Positions 29,388 through 39,111 of a stretch of DNA of 64,000 nt are shown piece by piece. The notes below the pieces were generated by a model. It saw nothing but the letters and a program-made list of their open reading frames with translations, was not told the DNA's origin and searched no databases. The DNA comes from Fimbriimonadia bacterium (GTDB lineage: Bacteria; Armatimonadota; Fimbriimonadia; Fimbriimonadales; JABRVX01), in the NCBI GenBank assembly GCA_041483895.1, contig JBGPGO010000016.1, positions 1 to 64,000 of the forward strand. The letters run 5' to 3'. The position numbers were made by a program, and so were the translations under genes. Position 1 is the stretch's first letter. Each line of letters begins with the position of its first letter.

Positions 29388-30558
29388 GGTTCTGCTGTGT
29401 GTCACCGGCAGCGTCGCGGCGTATCGGGCGGCCGACCTGGCGCGGGAGCTGATGCGTTCCGGCGCGTCCGTCCGGGTCTGTTTGACGGAAAGCGCGCGGC
29501 GGTTTGTGACGACGGAGCTGTTCACCGCGCTGACCGGTCAGGAGGCATTGTCCGATCTTTGGCAGGAGCCTTTGGCACACATTCATTTTGCTCGCGAGGC
29601 GGATCTGTTTTTGTGCGCCCCGTGCAGCGCCCACACCATCGCGAAATTCGCCCACGGCCGCGCGAATGATCTGGTGGCGGCGCTGTTCTTGGCGTACCGG
29701 GGCCCGGTTCTGGTTGCTCCCGCGATGAACCCGGCGATGTGGGAGCATCCCGCCGTGCGCGCGAACCTCGCCACCATGCGGTCCTGGGGCATTCGCATTG
29801 TGGAGCCGGGGGAAGGAGATGTGGTTGCGGGCGAAACTGGGCTTGGCAAGTTGGCGCCAATCGAACAGATTGTCTCGGAAGCTCTTGCAATGCTGCGAAC
29901 GGGCCAAAGTCTGGCGGGCAAGCATATCGTGGTGACCGCCGGAGGGACGCGCGAACCGATAGACCCCGTCCGGTTCATCGGGAATCGGTCGTCGGGGAAG
30001 ATGGGCTATGCGATTGCCCGCGCAGCGCAACAGATGGGAGCGCGCGTGACGCTGATTTCCGCCCCAACCGCTCTGGCGCCGCCCTTTGGTGTGACGGTTC
30101 TCGGGGTCGAGACAGCGGCGGAGATGGCCGCGGCCTGCGAGGAGGTTTTTCCGGCTTGCGACGCTTTCATCGGCGTCGCGGCCGTATCGGACTTTCGCGC
30201 GAAGGACACCCGCTCTGGAAAGGTCAAGCGCGAAGACGGCCTGGCCCTGCAGCTCGAACCCACGGAGGACATTCTCGCCTCCCTTGGGGCCAAGAAACAA
30301 AAGCAGGTCCTTATTGGATTTGCCGCTGAAACGGGGGAGGTACTCGCCAACGCGAAGGCCAAAATGGCGGCGAAGCGATTGGACATGATCGTTGCCAACG
30401 ATGTGCTGGCTCCTGGCGCTGGATTCGAGGTCGACACCAATCAGGTCACGTTCCTGTTCTCCGACGGAACCTGCGAAGCATTGCCGGTTCTCTCGAAAGA
30501 TGAAGTGGCCGCTCGCCTCGTGGAGCGGATCGCAAGTCTTATCCCAGCCACAAGCTGA
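29368..30558 (+). CDS. coaBC: Bifunctional phosphopantothenoylcysteine decarboxylase/ligase
   Basis: TGSVAAY, APAMNPAMW, TAGGTREPIDPVRFIGNRSSGKMG, AAVSDF, GFAAET. Confidence 0.96.
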   Translation: MAEKKSRVLLCVTGSVAAYRAADLARELMRSGASVRVCLTESARRFVTTELFTALTGQEALSDLWQEPLAHIHFAREADLFLCAPCSAHTIAKFAHGRANDLVAALFLAYRGPVLVAPAMNPAMWEHPAVRANLATMRSWGIRIVEPGEGDVVAGETGLGKLAPIEQIVSEALAMLRTGQSLAGKHIVVTAGGTREPIDPVRFIGNRSSGKMGYAIARAAQQMGARVTLISAPTALAPPFGVTVLGVETAAEMAAACEEVFPACDAFIGVAAVSDFRAKDTRSGKVKREDGLALQLEPTEDILASLGAKKQKQVLIGFAAETGEVLANAKAKMAAKRLDMIVANDVLAPGAGFEVDTNQVTFLFSDGTCEALPVLSKDEVAARLVERIASLIPATS

Positions 30559-31450
30559 TTGCGGCGTAATCTTGCGCCCGATCGCCAAGTCCACACGGAA
30601 CAACGTCCACGTCTTCCCAAATCCTCGGCCAACAATGTTCGCGCATCGACTTTGTAACCGTTGCCAAATATTCATCGCCGGCATGGATTGCGATTGTCCC
30701 GAGAATGATCCGCTGAAGGTCCAGCGTCTGCAACAGATTTGCCAGGCCGATGCCGAGATAGCGGGCGGCATCCAAAACCACTTCTTTCGCCGTCGGATCT
30801 CCCTGCTGGAACATTTCGATTGCCTGTTTGCCGGTCACTTCTCTTCCGAGCCGATGAGATGCGTTGCGGCCGATGGCAGAGCCGGAAGCCAGCGCTTCCA
30901 GACAGCCTCGCTTTCCACACAGGCAGTCGGGTCCGTCAGGCAGGATCGTCGTGTGACCGACCTCGCCCGCCATTCCTTTCTTTCCGCGATAAAGGCGATC
31001 ATCCAATATCAGTCCCGCGCCAAGGCCGGTGCCGACGGTCAGAAATGCGAGCGAATGAAGCCCGCGCCCCGCGCCAAGTTTCCACTCCGCGACCGCCGTG
31101 GCATTGGCATCGTTTTCCAGCTTCGCTTCCAGGTACAGCGCCTCTTCCAAAATTCTCTTCGCGGGAATTTCGTCCCAGCCGGGAAGATTTGGGGGGGACA
31201 GGATTAGGCCCGCCTCGGCATCGAGCGGTCCTCCGCACGAAACACCGACACCGACAACATATTGCTTGGAGATTTGGTGCTCTGTCAGGAGCCGCTCACC
31301 GATGGCGGCCAGCCGGCGCACAACCGCTTCCGGATTGGGTTCTTCGTCTGTCCGAAACTCCTCGCGCACGATCAGGTTTCCGTCTTGCGAAATACAAGTC
31401 GCGCATTTTGTCCCGCCGATATCGATGCCGATGATGTACGGAATGCTCAC
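30539..31450 (-). CDS. ROK family sugar kinase
   Basis: IGIDIGGTK, ENDANA, GTGLGAG, GEVGH, CLCGKRGCLE. Confidence 0.93.
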   Translation of the reverse strand: MSIPYIIGIDIGGTKCATCISQDGNLIVREEFRTDEEPNPEAVVRRLAAIGERLLTEHQISKQYVVGVGVSCGGPLDAEAGLILSPPNLPGWDEIPAKRILEEALYLEAKLENDANATAVAEWKLGAGRGLHSLAFLTVGTGLGAGLILDDRLYRGKKGMAGEVGHTTILPDGPDCLCGKRGCLEALASGSAIGRNASHRLGREVTGKQAIEMFQQGDPTAKEVVLDAARYLGIGLANLLQTLDLQRIILGTIAIHAGDEYLATVTKSMREHCWPRIWEDVDVVPCGLGDRAQDYAAISLWLG

Positions 31451-31517
31451 GATTTCTTCTCCACAATAATCGGGCCGCGGGTAAAAGTCTACCTTCGCAT
31501 GCAATACAATAGCACCA

Positions 31518-32444
31518 ATGTCCCGCGTCACAGTCATCCTAACCAGCTACAACCACGAGCGCTATCTGCGGCGGGCGATCGAGAGCGTTTTGGCGCAGAC
31601 GCGAGCGGCCGATGAACTGATCATCGTAGATGATTGCAGTCGTGATGGTTCGGGAGAGATTGCACGCGAATACGCCGACCGGGCGCGGTTGCTGCTGCTG
31701 GAGCAGAATGTGGGGACCTATGCCGCGCTCAATCGCGCCATCGAAGCGGCGACTGGGGAATGGATTGCGATCCTGAATTCCGACGACTTCTGGATGCCGC
31801 GAAAATTGGAAGCACAGGTTTCGGGACTGGACTGCGACTTCAGCTTCTCGAACGGGCATTTTGTGGACGACAATGATAGCCCTTGCGAATATCAGGCCTT
31901 TGGCAAGAAGCTGAGCGGTGTGTTCACAGATCCGCCTCCGGCCGGGGTCTCCTGCCGAATGATAGATCGCCTGATCTACCACAACTATTGCTTCCCCAGC
32001 TCTGTACTCCTTAAGAGGTCGCTGTGGGAAGCGGCAGGGAAGTTTCAGGAGAATTTGATATGTTTGGGAGATTGGGACCTGTTCTTGCGAATGGCGAGGC
32101 TCACCAAATTTTGCTATGAGGACAGCGACTTGGTAGGCTATCGCGTGCACGACCGGCAGACAAGCCGAAACATCGATCAGATGAACATGGAGGAGGTTGA
32201 TATTCGCGAGCGATTGATCCTTGGGCACGAGGAAGAATATCTGGCGACGGCGGACAACCCTGCGTCGATGCGAAAAGCGCTGGCACATTCCGCCGCGGCA
32301 CTCGGCACGCAATACCACATGCAGGGCAGGGCAGGGGACGCCCGGCGCATGTATCTTCATTCCCTCGCCCGCAACCCGATGCGATGGAAGAGTTTGCTGC
32401 GCTTCTTTCTTGCGTGCGCCAAATCAAGAATCTCCTCCCCGTAA
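31518..32444 (+). CDS. Glycosyltransferase family 2
   Basis: VILTSYNHERYL..ESVLAQT, VDDCSRD, LNSDD, DWDLFLR. Confidence 0.93.
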   Translation: MSRVTVILTSYNHERYLRRAIESVLAQTRAADELIIVDDCSRDGSGEIAREYADRARLLLLEQNVGTYAALNRAIEAATGEWIAILNSDDFWMPRKLEAQVSGLDCDFSFSNGHFVDDNDSPCEYQAFGKKLSGVFTDPPPAGVSCRMIDRLIYHNYCFPSSVLLKRSLWEAAGKFQENLICLGDWDLFLRMARLTKFCYEDSDLVGYRVHDRQTSRNIDQMNMEEVDIRERLILGHEEEYLATADNPASMRKALAHSAAALGTQYHMQGRAGDARRMYLHSLARNPMRWKSLLRFFLACAKSRISSP

Positions 32445-32500
32445 CGCTGCCTTCCAGGCGGCATTCAACCTTGCCAGAGCGCTGCCTTCCAGCCGGCATT
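32441..32500. repeat. REP-like family F (GTAACGCTG[G/C]CTTCCAG[C/G]CGGCA)
   Basis: Two direct copies; GTAA end contains the GT2 stop; related copies at 35477-35530 and 44553-44576. Confidence 0.75.
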
Positions 32501-32509
32501 GGCTCGGAG

Positions 32510-35455
32510 CTAAGAAGAAAGTTGGGCGTCCAAGACTGCGGGGGCATGGGCCAATGCGTCGGCCAGCTTCGACGGATCTTTGCCGCCTGCCTGCGCAAAA
32601 TCGGGCCTGCCGCCTCCGGAACCGCCCGCGATTTTGGCGACTTCGCGCACCAGGTTGCCGGCGTGCGCGCCCATGGCCTGAGCTTCCGGCGATACTTTGG
32701 CGACGAAGAGAACCTTGCCATCCGACTCCGCGCCGACCAGCACCACTGCCCCTTTGTTCTGGTTGGCGAGGTTGTCTGCCACAGTCCCGGCGGCGCTTGC
32801 TGGCAGGCCTTCCAGCTTTTGCGTGACCAGCGGCACACCTTTTACATTTGTGATTGTCGCGCCGCTTTGCCCTGCTCCGCCGCTGATCGCCTTTTCCAAC
32901 TGCTGCCGCAGGTCGCGAGCCTCTTGGTGCAATTTTTCTACCGCCGTTTTGAGATCATTTGGGTTGGATTTCAGACCCGTAGCGATGTCTTTGACGAGGC
33001 TGTCGCGTTGCAGCAGATAATCATATACGCCTTTGCCCGTGACTGCCTCGATGCGGCGCACTCCGCCCGCTGCGCTGCTCTCATGCGTGATTTTGAACAG
33101 GTCGATGTTGCCCGTGTTTTTCACATGACAACCGCCGCATAGCTCGATGGAAAATCCGGGCACTTCGACCATTCGCACCGTGTCGCCGTACTTCTCGCCG
33201 AACAGCGCCATCGCACCCTTCGCCTTTGCCTCCGCGATTGGTACGTCGTTATAGATGGTGACGTCGATTTCGCGGAAGATCCACTCATTGACGAGTCGCT
33301 CCACTGCGTTCAACTCCTCCGGTATCATAGCGGCGCCGTGGGTGAAGTCGAATCGCAGATAGTCCGGGGCGACGAGCGACCCTGCTTGCCGCACATGATC
33401 GCCCAGGGTTTTTCTGAGCGCGGCGTGGAGGAGATGTGTTGCGGTGTGGTTGCGGACGATGTTCCGGCGTCGCTCCGCGTCCACCTCTGCGGTGACATCC
33501 TGGAACAGGTAACCGGATTTCAGCAGTTCAATTTGCTCTTCTCTGAAGGGCTCCGTTCTGGAGGGCTCCGTTCTGGAGGGCTCCGTTCCATCGGAGCCAT
33601 TTTCTTTATCCCCCTCGGCTCCGATGGAACGGAGCCCTCCAACTATCGGCTTGTGGCTGCGGACGACCTCGCACCGGTGCCACCAGATGCCTTCGGCCTT
33701 CTGCGTATCCACGACGCGGAGCTCGAATGCGTCGCAGAAGATTCGGCCCGTATCACCGACCTCGCCACCGGATTCGGCATAGAACGGCGTCTCGGCGAGG
33801 GCGACATCGAACTGCTTCGCGGGCTGATCGTCGGCGAGGAAGACGGGGCTGATTTGTACAAGTTTCGATTGAATACTTGTACAATCATATCCGACGAAAT
33901 CCGTGTACGGCTTAGCATCACTTGCGGTGAATAGCATAACTCTATTGGTAAATACCTGACCAGTGATTTCCTGGTGAGAGCGGGACCTTTCCCGTTGATC
34001 TTTGAGCGCGTGTTCGAAACCTCGCTTATCGACGTTGCCACCAAGCCGCTCCGCTAGTTCTTCTGTTAGTTCTAATGGGAAACCGAATGTGTCATATAGT
34101 TCGAAGGCGATCGCACCAGGCAGAATCCATGGCTCGAAGATTCCGATTGCCGACAGCATGGTAGGGCCGAATTCTAGAGTCACAACTTTCGCCGTGCCGT
34201 CTGGCATCCGGATGGCGAGTCCTATTTTCGGCGAGATACCATCGTAACCAATACCTCCTGGCTCGGACCCAGGAACATTGCTAGCCCACAACTGGTTCAT
34301 CAGATGACCAGTCTTTAAATGAAAGTGAATGGCTCCATCAGTAACCGTTCGTCTAAATAATGACTCCTCACTGTCAAGGACTGTCTTGATTTGATCAAAC
34401 TGGTCAGAAAGCTCCGAATAATGATCGCCTAGGGTTTCTCTTGCGACTAAGGCGACCTTGGACAAGAAGTTCGCCCTAAATTGCAAGTAGAGCTGACCCT
34501 TGAGCACGGCCCGCCGTATTAGTCTGCGCAGAACATATCCTCGTCCTGTGTTAGCTGGAAATACACCGTCCGCAATGCAAAACGAAGCTGCGCGGAGGTG
34601 ATCCGTGATAATCCGTGCGGCGGCAAGTGCCGATGGATCGGATAAGTCATTCCCCGATAGCTCCGACACGCGGTCCATGATCGGCTTCATCGTATCGATC
34701 TGATAGACATCGGAAAATCCGCCCAGCACCGTGGTCGTTCGCTCCAGCCCCATGCCGGTATCGATGCACGGCTTCGGCAGCGGGACCAACTCCACATCTT
34801 TGGTCAGATCATCCGGATCCGACCGCCGCTCGAACTGCATGAAAACGTTGTTCCAAATCTCCAGCCACCGACCAGCGTCCGCATCCACCAAATAGTCCCC
34901 CGCCAACTCGGAATCCGGCACGGTCTGAAAAAAGATCTCGGAACAAGGGCCGCAGGGTCCGTTGGGGCCCTCCGACGGCGCGCCCGCCGGCCAAAAATTT
35001 TTGTCCTCGTCTAACCGCACAATCTTCGATTCCGGCAGACCCAGCTTGCGCCATATGGCAAACGCCTCATCGTCATCCTTATAGACGGTGACGCACAGCT
35101 TGGCCGGATCCAGCGCCAGCCATTGCGGCGAGGTGAGAAATTCCCACGACCATTTCAGCGCATCTTCCTTGAAATAGTCGAAGATGCTGAAGTTCCCGAG
35201 CATTTCAAAAAATGTAAGGTGCGATGCATTCCCAACCTCTTCAATATCGGTCGTCCGAAGGCATTTTTGGCAACTGGTGATCCGCGGGAACGGCGCCTTG
35301 GCCGCGCCGCTGATGTACGGCTTGAACTGGACCATACCCGCCGATGTGAACAAGAGCGAGGGGTCGTCCGGCACTAGGCTGTCGCTCGGCAGGCGATGAT
35401 GGCCCTTGCCGTCGAAAAACTCCAGGAATTTGCTGCGTAGCTCTCGCGCGTTCAT
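32510..35455 (-). CDS. alaS: Alanine--tRNA ligase with two insertions
   Basis: LLFTSAGMVQFK, HLTFFEMLGNFS, IDTGMGLER, GRGYVLRRLIRRA, LYDTFGFP, NHTATHLLH, ELCGGCHV, GGGRPDFAQAGG; 981 aa. Confidence 0.98.
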   Translation of the reverse strand: MNARELRSKFLEFFDGKGHHRLPSDSLVPDDPSLLFTSAGMVQFKPYISGAAKAPFPRITSCQKCLRTTDIEEVGNASHLTFFEMLGNFSIFDYFKEDALKWSWEFLTSPQWLALDPAKLCVTVYKDDDEAFAIWRKLGLPESKIVRLDEDKNFWPAGAPSEGPNGPCGPCSEIFFQTVPDSELAGDYLVDADAGRWLEIWNNVFMQFERRSDPDDLTKDVELVPLPKPCIDTGMGLERTTTVLGGFSDVYQIDTMKPIMDRVSELSGNDLSDPSALAAARIITDHLRAASFCIADGVFPANTGRGYVLRRLIRRAVLKGQLYLQFRANFLSKVALVARETLGDHYSELSDQFDQIKTVLDSEESLFRRTVTDGAIHFHLKTGHLMNQLWASNVPGSEPGGIGYDGISPKIGLAIRMPDGTAKVVTLEFGPTMLSAIGIFEPWILPGAIAFELYDTFGFPLELTEELAERLGGNVDKRGFEHALKDQRERSRSHQEITGQVFTNRVMLFTASDAKPYTDFVGYDCTSIQSKLVQISPVFLADDQPAKQFDVALAETPFYAESGGEVGDTGRIFCDAFELRVVDTQKAEGIWWHRCEVVRSHKPIVGGLRSIGAEGDKENGSDGTEPSRTEPSRTEPFREEQIELLKSGYLFQDVTAEVDAERRRNIVRNHTATHLLHAALRKTLGDHVRQAGSLVAPDYLRFDFTHGAAMIPEELNAVERLVNEWIFREIDVTIYNDVPIAEAKAKGAMALFGEKYGDTVRMVEVPGFSIELCGGCHVKNTGNIDLFKITHESSAAGGVRRIEAVTGKGVYDYLLQRDSLVKDIATGLKSNPNDLKTAVEKLHQEARDLRQQLEKAISGGAGQSGATITNVKGVPLVTQKLEGLPASAAGTVADNLANQNKGAVVLVGAESDGKVLFVAKVSPEAQAMGAHAGNLVREVAKIAGGSGGGRPDFAQAGGKDPSKLADALAHAPAVLDAQLSS
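33545..33640. repeat. Intragenic palindromic family C (GGAGGGCTCCGTTCCATCGGAGCC ... GGCTCCGATGGAACGGAGCCCTCC) with 15-bp tandem expansion
   Basis: Perfect 24-bp inverted repeat 33575-33640; GGGCTCCGTTC occurs three times at 15-bp period; one arm recurs at 50775-50801. Confidence 0.9.
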
Positions 35456-35476
35456 GATGGAGCCGGGATTCTACCC

Positions 35477-35530
35477 GTAACCCTGCCTTCCAGGCGGCAT
35501 TGGTCGTTGCCGGGAGGATGCCAGCGTTAC
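35477..35530. repeat. REP-like family F element
   Basis: GTAACCCTGCCTTCCAGGCGGCA ... TGCCGGGAGGATGCCAGCGTTAC; right end contains the GH27 stop. Confidence 0.8.
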
Positions 35531-36642
35531 ATGTTTGGAATCAGCCGGAGCAGGGAACAGCCGTGTGGATCCACATGCGCCGAGTAACTGCCTCGAAAGA
35601 CCCCAGCATCCTGCCCCGCCCAGACGTCCCGGACGAGGCAATGCTGACGATCGGGAAGCCCCAGACTCTCCCACGCCACGCCAATCAGCCGCTGCTCCGT
35701 CTGCCGATTGAAAAGCCCCACCCCAATCGACCCATCCGCCAGCGGCTTGGCCCACACCTCGCCGAACAGCCAACTTTCACCCACCCGATACCCCTGCCGC
35801 CCGAGCGGGTCCTGATTGATCGCGATGGCCTCCTGGTTGGCCAGGATCCGTTTCGTCTCCGTCGATATCGAACGCACATCGCAGCCAATCATTAGCGGCG
35901 AGGCCAGCAGGCACCAAAGGCTGAAATGGGTCCGATATTCCGTATCCGTGCAGCCCCCTTGGCCGACGTTGCCTTTGCCATACATCCCGACCACCAGCAT
36001 GTCGGGATCGTTCCAATGGTTTGGGCCGGCATAGCACTCCAATCCCTTCTGGCCAAAACCGGTCTTTTCGATGCTCTCCCAGGAATCGACGAAGTCCGGG
36101 GTCGTGCGCCACATGTGCCCGCCGGCGCTTGCCGCCCATTTCCACGGCTCGTTGCGTCCCCAATTACAAATACTGTATACTATTGGTCGGCCGGTGGAAC
36201 GGAGCGCTTGCCCCATGCGGCGATACAGCATCGGGCCGTCCACGCCTTCCGGCTTGTAGCAGTAATCGTGTTTTAGGAAGTCGATCTCCCAAGCGGCAAA
36301 GGTTTGGGCATCCAGCTCCTCGTTCGCGAAGCTGCCCGGCATTCCGGCACAGGTGTGGGTTCCGACGCACGAGTACATGCCAAACCTCAAGCCCAACCTA
36401 TGCAGGTGGTCCGCCAGCGGCTTCATGCCACGGGGAAATTTATGCGGGTCTGGCTGGAGGCGGCCGTCCTCGCCGCGCCCCAGTGCGTGCCACAGATCAT
36501 CGAGCACGACATAGCGATATCCGGCGTCCATCAGGTGCTCGTCTCGAAAGGCTTGCGCCGTCTCGCGGATCAGTTCCTCAGAGATGTTGCCGCCGAAGGT
36601 GTTCCAGGAGTTCCAGCCCATGGGGGGAGTGGGTGCGAGCAT
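35527..36642 (-). CDS. Alpha-galactosidase, glycoside hydrolase family 27
   Basis: TPPMGWNSWN, VLDDLW, FPRGMKPLAD, DFLKHDYC, YSICNWG, WNDPDML, HFSLWC. Confidence 0.95.
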   Translation of the reverse strand: MLAPTPPMGWNSWNTFGGNISEELIRETAQAFRDEHLMDAGYRYVVLDDLWHALGRGEDGRLQPDPHKFPRGMKPLADHLHRLGLRFGMYSCVGTHTCAGMPGSFANEELDAQTFAAWEIDFLKHDYCYKPEGVDGPMLYRRMGQALRSTGRPIVYSICNWGRNEPWKWAASAGGHMWRTTPDFVDSWESIEKTGFGQKGLECYAGPNHWNDPDMLVVGMYGKGNVGQGGCTDTEYRTHFSLWCLLASPLMIGCDVRSISTETKRILANQEAIAINQDPLGRQGYRVGESWLFGEVWAKPLADGSIGVGLFNRQTEQRLIGVAWESLGLPDRQHCLVRDVWAGQDAGVFRGSYSAHVDPHGCSLLRLIPNM

Positions 36643-36741
36643 GAGGGTATGGTTCTGCGCGGGTCCCGCATTCCTGCTTCTCGCCAGAGTCCGATAATAA
36701 GTATTATGTTAAGTACAGGCTTCTGGTAGAATGCAAGATAT

Positions 36742-37068
36742 ATGACCCTTCGGATAAAGCTTGAACAGGACTTCAAGGCATTGGCAGCTAAGAAGGCAAA
36801 GGAAAACGGTCAATCCATAGAGGAATTCTGTGAAACCGTACTTGAGACGGCTCTGCAAAGGGAGATTGGCCGGACGGCACCGACGAACAAGCATTCTGCG
36901 GCTAAAAGTGATAAGCCGGTCGGTGCGAGAATAGTCGAGAGTCTTCGCAGGGCCGGGGTTATAGGCAAACCTTGGCCCGAAAGCGGGCCTGATTCGCAAC
37001 TGAGTGGGCCGGCACTGGCGCGTCGGCTGCGCAAAAGGTCATCGGTCGGCAAACGATTTTCAAAATGA
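36742..37068 (+). CDS. Putative antitoxin
   Basis: Small ORF with RHH-like N-terminus, overlapping (ATGA) the downstream PIN gene. Confidence 0.6.
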   Translation: MTLRIKLEQDFKALAAKKAKENGQSIEEFCETVLETALQREIGRTAPTNKHSAAKSDKPVGARIVESLRRAGVIGKPWPESGPDSQLSGPALARRLRKRSSVGKRFSK

Positions 37069-37454
37069 TGCTCCTTGATTCTGATGTTTGCATCGATATT
37101 CTGCGCGAATTTCCACCGGCGATTGACTGGCTTAGCAGGCTAACGGAATACCCATTGATAGCCGGCCCCGCAGCTCTTGAACTCGTTATGGGTTGCCAAT
37201 CCAACAATGAACTTCGGCGCTTAGCGGCGTTCCTGAAAAGGTTTGAGATTGCTTGGCCAAATGATATCGATCAACAGAGGGCGTTAAGGACGATCAGTAG
37301 GCACTACCTCAGCAATTCAATGGGCGCCGTTGATGCTTTGATCGCGGAGACGGCCAAAGGGTCGAAGCTGATACTTTGCACTTTCAATCTGAAGCATTTC
37401 AATGACGTCGCCGGGCTCAAAATCCAATCTCCCTACAAGCGAAGCGGAAGATGA
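37065..37454 (+). CDS. vapC: PIN-domain (VapC-like) toxin
   Basis: LLDSDVCIDILR, LELVMGC, DALIAETA, TFNLKHF. Confidence 0.9.
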   Translation: MMLLDSDVCIDILREFPPAIDWLSRLTEYPLIAGPAALELVMGCQSNNELRRLAAFLKRFEIAWPNDIDQQRALRTISRHYLSNSMGAVDALIAETAKGSKLILCTFNLKHFNDVAGLKIQSPYKRSGR

Positions 37455-38773
37455 ATCACGATTGGGACATTATCGTCTGCGGTGGCGGGACGGCGGGGGC
37501 GGTCGCGGGGATCGCCGCCGCGCGGGAGGGCGCAAAGACCCTGATCGTCGAGCAGTTCGGCGCGCTCGGCGGCACGCAGACGCAAGGTTGGGTCACCCCC
37601 ATGATGCCCAACTTCATCGGCACAACCCAGCTATGCCAAGGCCTGGACGCGGAGATACGCCGCCGCCACGCCGCCATCCATCCCGGCCCGCCGGAGGAGC
37701 ACAACGCCCAGTCTTGGTACAACCCGCACATCGTCACCATGATTCTGGACGGCCTGGCGGAAGAGCACGGCACTTCCCTGCTTTTCCATTCCAACGTTAT
37801 CTCCGTTACTAAATCTGCCGACGGCTGGATCGTCACAGTCGCCAACAAGAGCGGCCTCACCGACCACGCCTGCAAGATCGTCATCGATGCCACCGGCGAC
37901 GCGGACGCGGTGCGGCTGGCGGGCGGCGAACTGTTTTCCGGCGACGACGAGGGCCGCCACCAGCCGATGACCCTGCGCTTTACCATCGCCAATGTGGACT
38001 TCGCCGCGGTTGCCGCCGACCTGGCGACGCTGGGCATCAACACCAAGCCGCCGCTTCTCTATTGCGGCTTTGCGGAGGCGACTGACAGCCCATTGGGCGA
38101 TCGCGTGCGGCAGGCCTTGGCGGATGGCGTTTTGGAAGAGGGCGACTTGGGCTATTTCCAGTTTTTCGGAATTCTGGGGCGGCCCCGAGAGCTGGCGTTC
38201 AACTGCCCGCGCCTGCTGGGCTTCGATGGCGCGTCGGCGGAGGACCTGTCGCGGGCGCAGATTCTGGGGCGAAAGAAAATCCACCGCATTCACCAATTTC
38301 TCACGCGCTATATGCCCGGGTTTTCGGATAGCTACGTCGGGACGATTGCGCCGATGGTGGGGGTGCGCGAGAGCCGGCGGATCGTGGGAGAGTATGTGCT
38401 GACGGAGGAGGACTGCCTTTCCGCGCGCAAGTTCGAGGACCCGGTGGCGAGGTGCAACTATCCGGTGGATGTGCACAATCCTTCCGGCCCCGGTGTGGTG
38501 CTGAAGAAGATCCCCGCCGGGGATTATTATGAGATTCCCTACCGCTGCCTCATTCCAAAAAACCTGCCCAACTTCCTGGTCGCCGGCCGCTGCCTGTCGG
38601 CTACTTTTAATGCGCAGTCCTCTGCCCGCATCCAACCCGTCTGCCGTGCGATGGGCGAGGCCGCAGGCATTGCGGGGGCATTGTGCGTGGTTCGAAATGT
38701 AATCCCGACTGCACTTGCGTATCCAGAACTGCTCGAGCGATTGGACTGCCGGGAAATATTCGCGCCGCGCTAA
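37451..38773 (+). CDS. FAD-dependent oxidoreductase (FAD_oxidored family)
   Basis: DIIVCGGGTAG..A, IDATGDAD, GVRESRRIVG, YPVDVH, IPYRCLIP, VAGRCLS, MGEAAG. Confidence 0.92.
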   Translation: MNHDWDIIVCGGGTAGAVAGIAAAREGAKTLIVEQFGALGGTQTQGWVTPMMPNFIGTTQLCQGLDAEIRRRHAAIHPGPPEEHNAQSWYNPHIVTMILDGLAEEHGTSLLFHSNVISVTKSADGWIVTVANKSGLTDHACKIVIDATGDADAVRLAGGELFSGDDEGRHQPMTLRFTIANVDFAAVAADLATLGINTKPPLLYCGFAEATDSPLGDRVRQALADGVLEEGDLGYFQFFGILGRPRELAFNCPRLLGFDGASAEDLSRAQILGRKKIHRIHQFLTRYMPGFSDSYVGTIAPMVGVRESRRIVGEYVLTEEDCLSARKFEDPVARCNYPVDVHNPSGPGVVLKKIPAGDYYEIPYRCLIPKNLPNFLVAGRCLSATFNAQSSARIQPVCRAMGEAAGIAGALCVVRNVIPTALAYPELLERLDCREIFAPR

Positions 38774-39111
38774 GTCATCGCAGTCGCTCGTCGCTTCGCT
38801 CCTAGACTTTGTTGCGAAGTCCTGCATGTCGCACGCACGGCGGGTGCCCAGAAATGAAATCGCGCCCGAGCTACCTGTTGACGAATTTCGTGAGAATCTA
38901 ATGCAATTTCGCCAAATCTAGTGTCAGAGACTTGACAGCCTACAACCGCTTGAATCACAATCTGGCGTTAAGTTCTAATGTGGCCAGCCCGATTGGGCCA
39001 GATCGCTGTACGTTGCAGTATGACCTATCGAGACTTGACCGCAAGATGCCATTCGCGCCGTCGGCCCGAAGCGGCCAGAACTTTCCATTAGATCATAAAG
39101 GAGAAGCAATA

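Noticed and set aside
29341..30771. 476-aa minus strand ORF (and similar long antisense ORFs at 37631-38827, 20672-21730, 55647-56741)
   Set aside because: Shadows of well-supported genes on the opposite strand.
34125..34320. Intein or intron in alaS
   Set aside because: No Cys/Ser start with His-Asn end, too short, and the frame is continuous without splicing.
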